64,000 nucleotides of DNA. Origin: Felis catus (taxonomy: Eukaryota). Positions 62,878 through 64,000 of the stretch are shown piece by piece. Numbering within the stretch: position 1 is the first letter of the stretch; the number at the start of each line of letters is the position of its first letter. Where the stretch lies: NCBI RefSeq assembly GCF_018350175.1, contig NC_058373.1, positions 101,558,001 to 101,622,000 on the forward strand, read 5' to 3'. A program made the translations under genes and the position numbers. The notes beneath the pieces were generated by a model. It was given only the letters and a program-made list of their open reading frames with translations, ran no database searches and was not told the DNA's origin.

Positions 62878-63149
62878 AAAACTACCAACTTGATGTTACT
62901 AAATGCAGTATTGGATAGAGACGCTCACAATAGGCTCAACCTCCCTCAGAAACCCACACCAACCAGCTCCAGCACCACCGCCCAGACCCTACCTGCAAAC
63001 ACTGTAATCTGTAGGCCACCCTTGCAGAGAATAAACAATAGAATGTAGGTTTTAAGTGACTTCTATTTTTCTCTTATTGATCTTTATGGTCTACTTTTTT
63101 GACAAAGACCAAGTAGTGGCCTGTGTTGTTTTTTACTTATTCAAATTTA

Positions 63150-63590
63150 AGAAGAAATTATGTTTCTTTCATTACCTTGAAGTGGAGAAGATCTTTGTAA
63201 CCATGTCATAAGACCTAGAAGCCATAAAGAAATTCGATAAATTTACATAAAAATAATAGCTTTTGCATGGCATGGCAAGAAGCTTTCATAAGCAAAGTTG
63301 AAATACAAATGACCAACTGGTAAGAAAAAATTTGCAATTTGCTTCTCAGAAACATCACCTACTCTAGTAGAAACATTTCCCAACTGACAACCTGGTAAGT
63401 AATGGTTTGGACAGTTCAAAAAGAAAAGAAGAAATGGCTCTTAGATAGCTTCCCCCCCCCCCCCCACCACTCACAATAAGAGAAAGGCAATTTAAAATGT
63501 ATTTAACCTACCAGACTGATAAAGTTTCAAAAATTTTGAATGCACATTGTGAGTGAGGCTGTGGTGGACATTTAAACTGGTGCAAATTCT
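63150..63590 (+). mobile_element. Highly decayed L1ME-type ORF2 fragment
   Basis: 'ctagaagccataaagaaa...gataaattt...ttttgcatggc...caaatgaccaactgg...aaatttgcaa'. Confidence 0.6.
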
Positions 63591-63596
63591 GTAAGT

Positions 63597-63882
63597 ACAG
63601 TAGTCTGAATCATGACCCCACAAAGATGCCCACATGCTAACCCAGAACCTGTGACTATGTCACCTTACATGGAAAAAGGGACTTTGTAGGTATGATTAAG
63701 GTTATGGATCTTGAAATGGCCTAAGTTATCCAGGTGGGCCCAATATAAACACAAGAATCCTTATAAAAGAGGGGCTGGAGAGTCAGAGTCAGAGTCAGAA
63801 ACGATGTGATGATGAAAGCAAGGGTCAGAGAAAAGGAGATTTGAAGATACCACACTTCTGGCCTTAAACATGGAGGAGGGAA
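63597..63882 (+). mobile_element. MLT1D-like LTR 5' part
   Basis: 'cccagaacctgtgactatgtcaccttacatggaaaaagggactttg...ttatccaggtgggcccaat...gagatttgaagat'. Confidence 0.88.
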
Positions 63883-64000
63883 GGGGCGCCTTGGTTGCTT
63901 AGTCAGTGAAGTGACTTTGGCTCAGGATATGATCACAAAGTTCACTGGTTCCAGCCCCTCATCGAGCTCCACACTGACAATATAGAGCCTGCTATGGATT
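63883..64000 (+). mobile_element. CAN-SINE, truncated by the window end, inserted in MLT1D
   Basis: ggggcgccttggttgcttagtcag head through 'gagcctgctatggatt'. Confidence 0.88.

Larger units (their letters stand above)
62350..62980. mobile_element. MER63A-like hAT-Blackjack MITE interrupted by two SINEs
   Basis: Left end 'tagtggtgtactggtaaatgttaaacaac'; internal 'aatttccatggtataaatactc|...|aactaccaac'; right end 'ccagctccagcaccaccg'. Confidence 0.8.

Overview
This is mammalian, almost certainly felid (cat-family), nuclear DNA from an intronic or intergenic region. The assignment rests on 25 carnivore tRNA-derived CAN-SINE copies, including one young CpG-intact SINEC_Fc-like copy. I cannot support any host protein-coding gene, RNA gene, CRISPR array or prokaryote-style system. 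The ORF track is explained by chance ORFs, SINEs, microsatellites and decayed L1 ORF2 C-termini. The remainder is old interspersed repeats (L1M, L2, MIR, MLT1/LTR16/LTR33 solo LTRs, MER5/MER58/MER63 hAT and Tigger-type MITEs, a MamSINE1-like relic) separated by several repeat-poor blocks that may be regulatory. The notable signals concern genome dynamics. They are: two opposite SINEs inserted at one TTT^AAAA junction inside a MER63; a ~90-bp local templated copy inserted into an MLT1 LTR; a SINE/L1 microhomology deletion junction; a scrambled AT-rich duplication scar; multi-level TE nests; and a well-preserved TA-flanked MITE. Family names come from my recall of consensus sequences, not from a database search. 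Boundaries of old elements are approximate.
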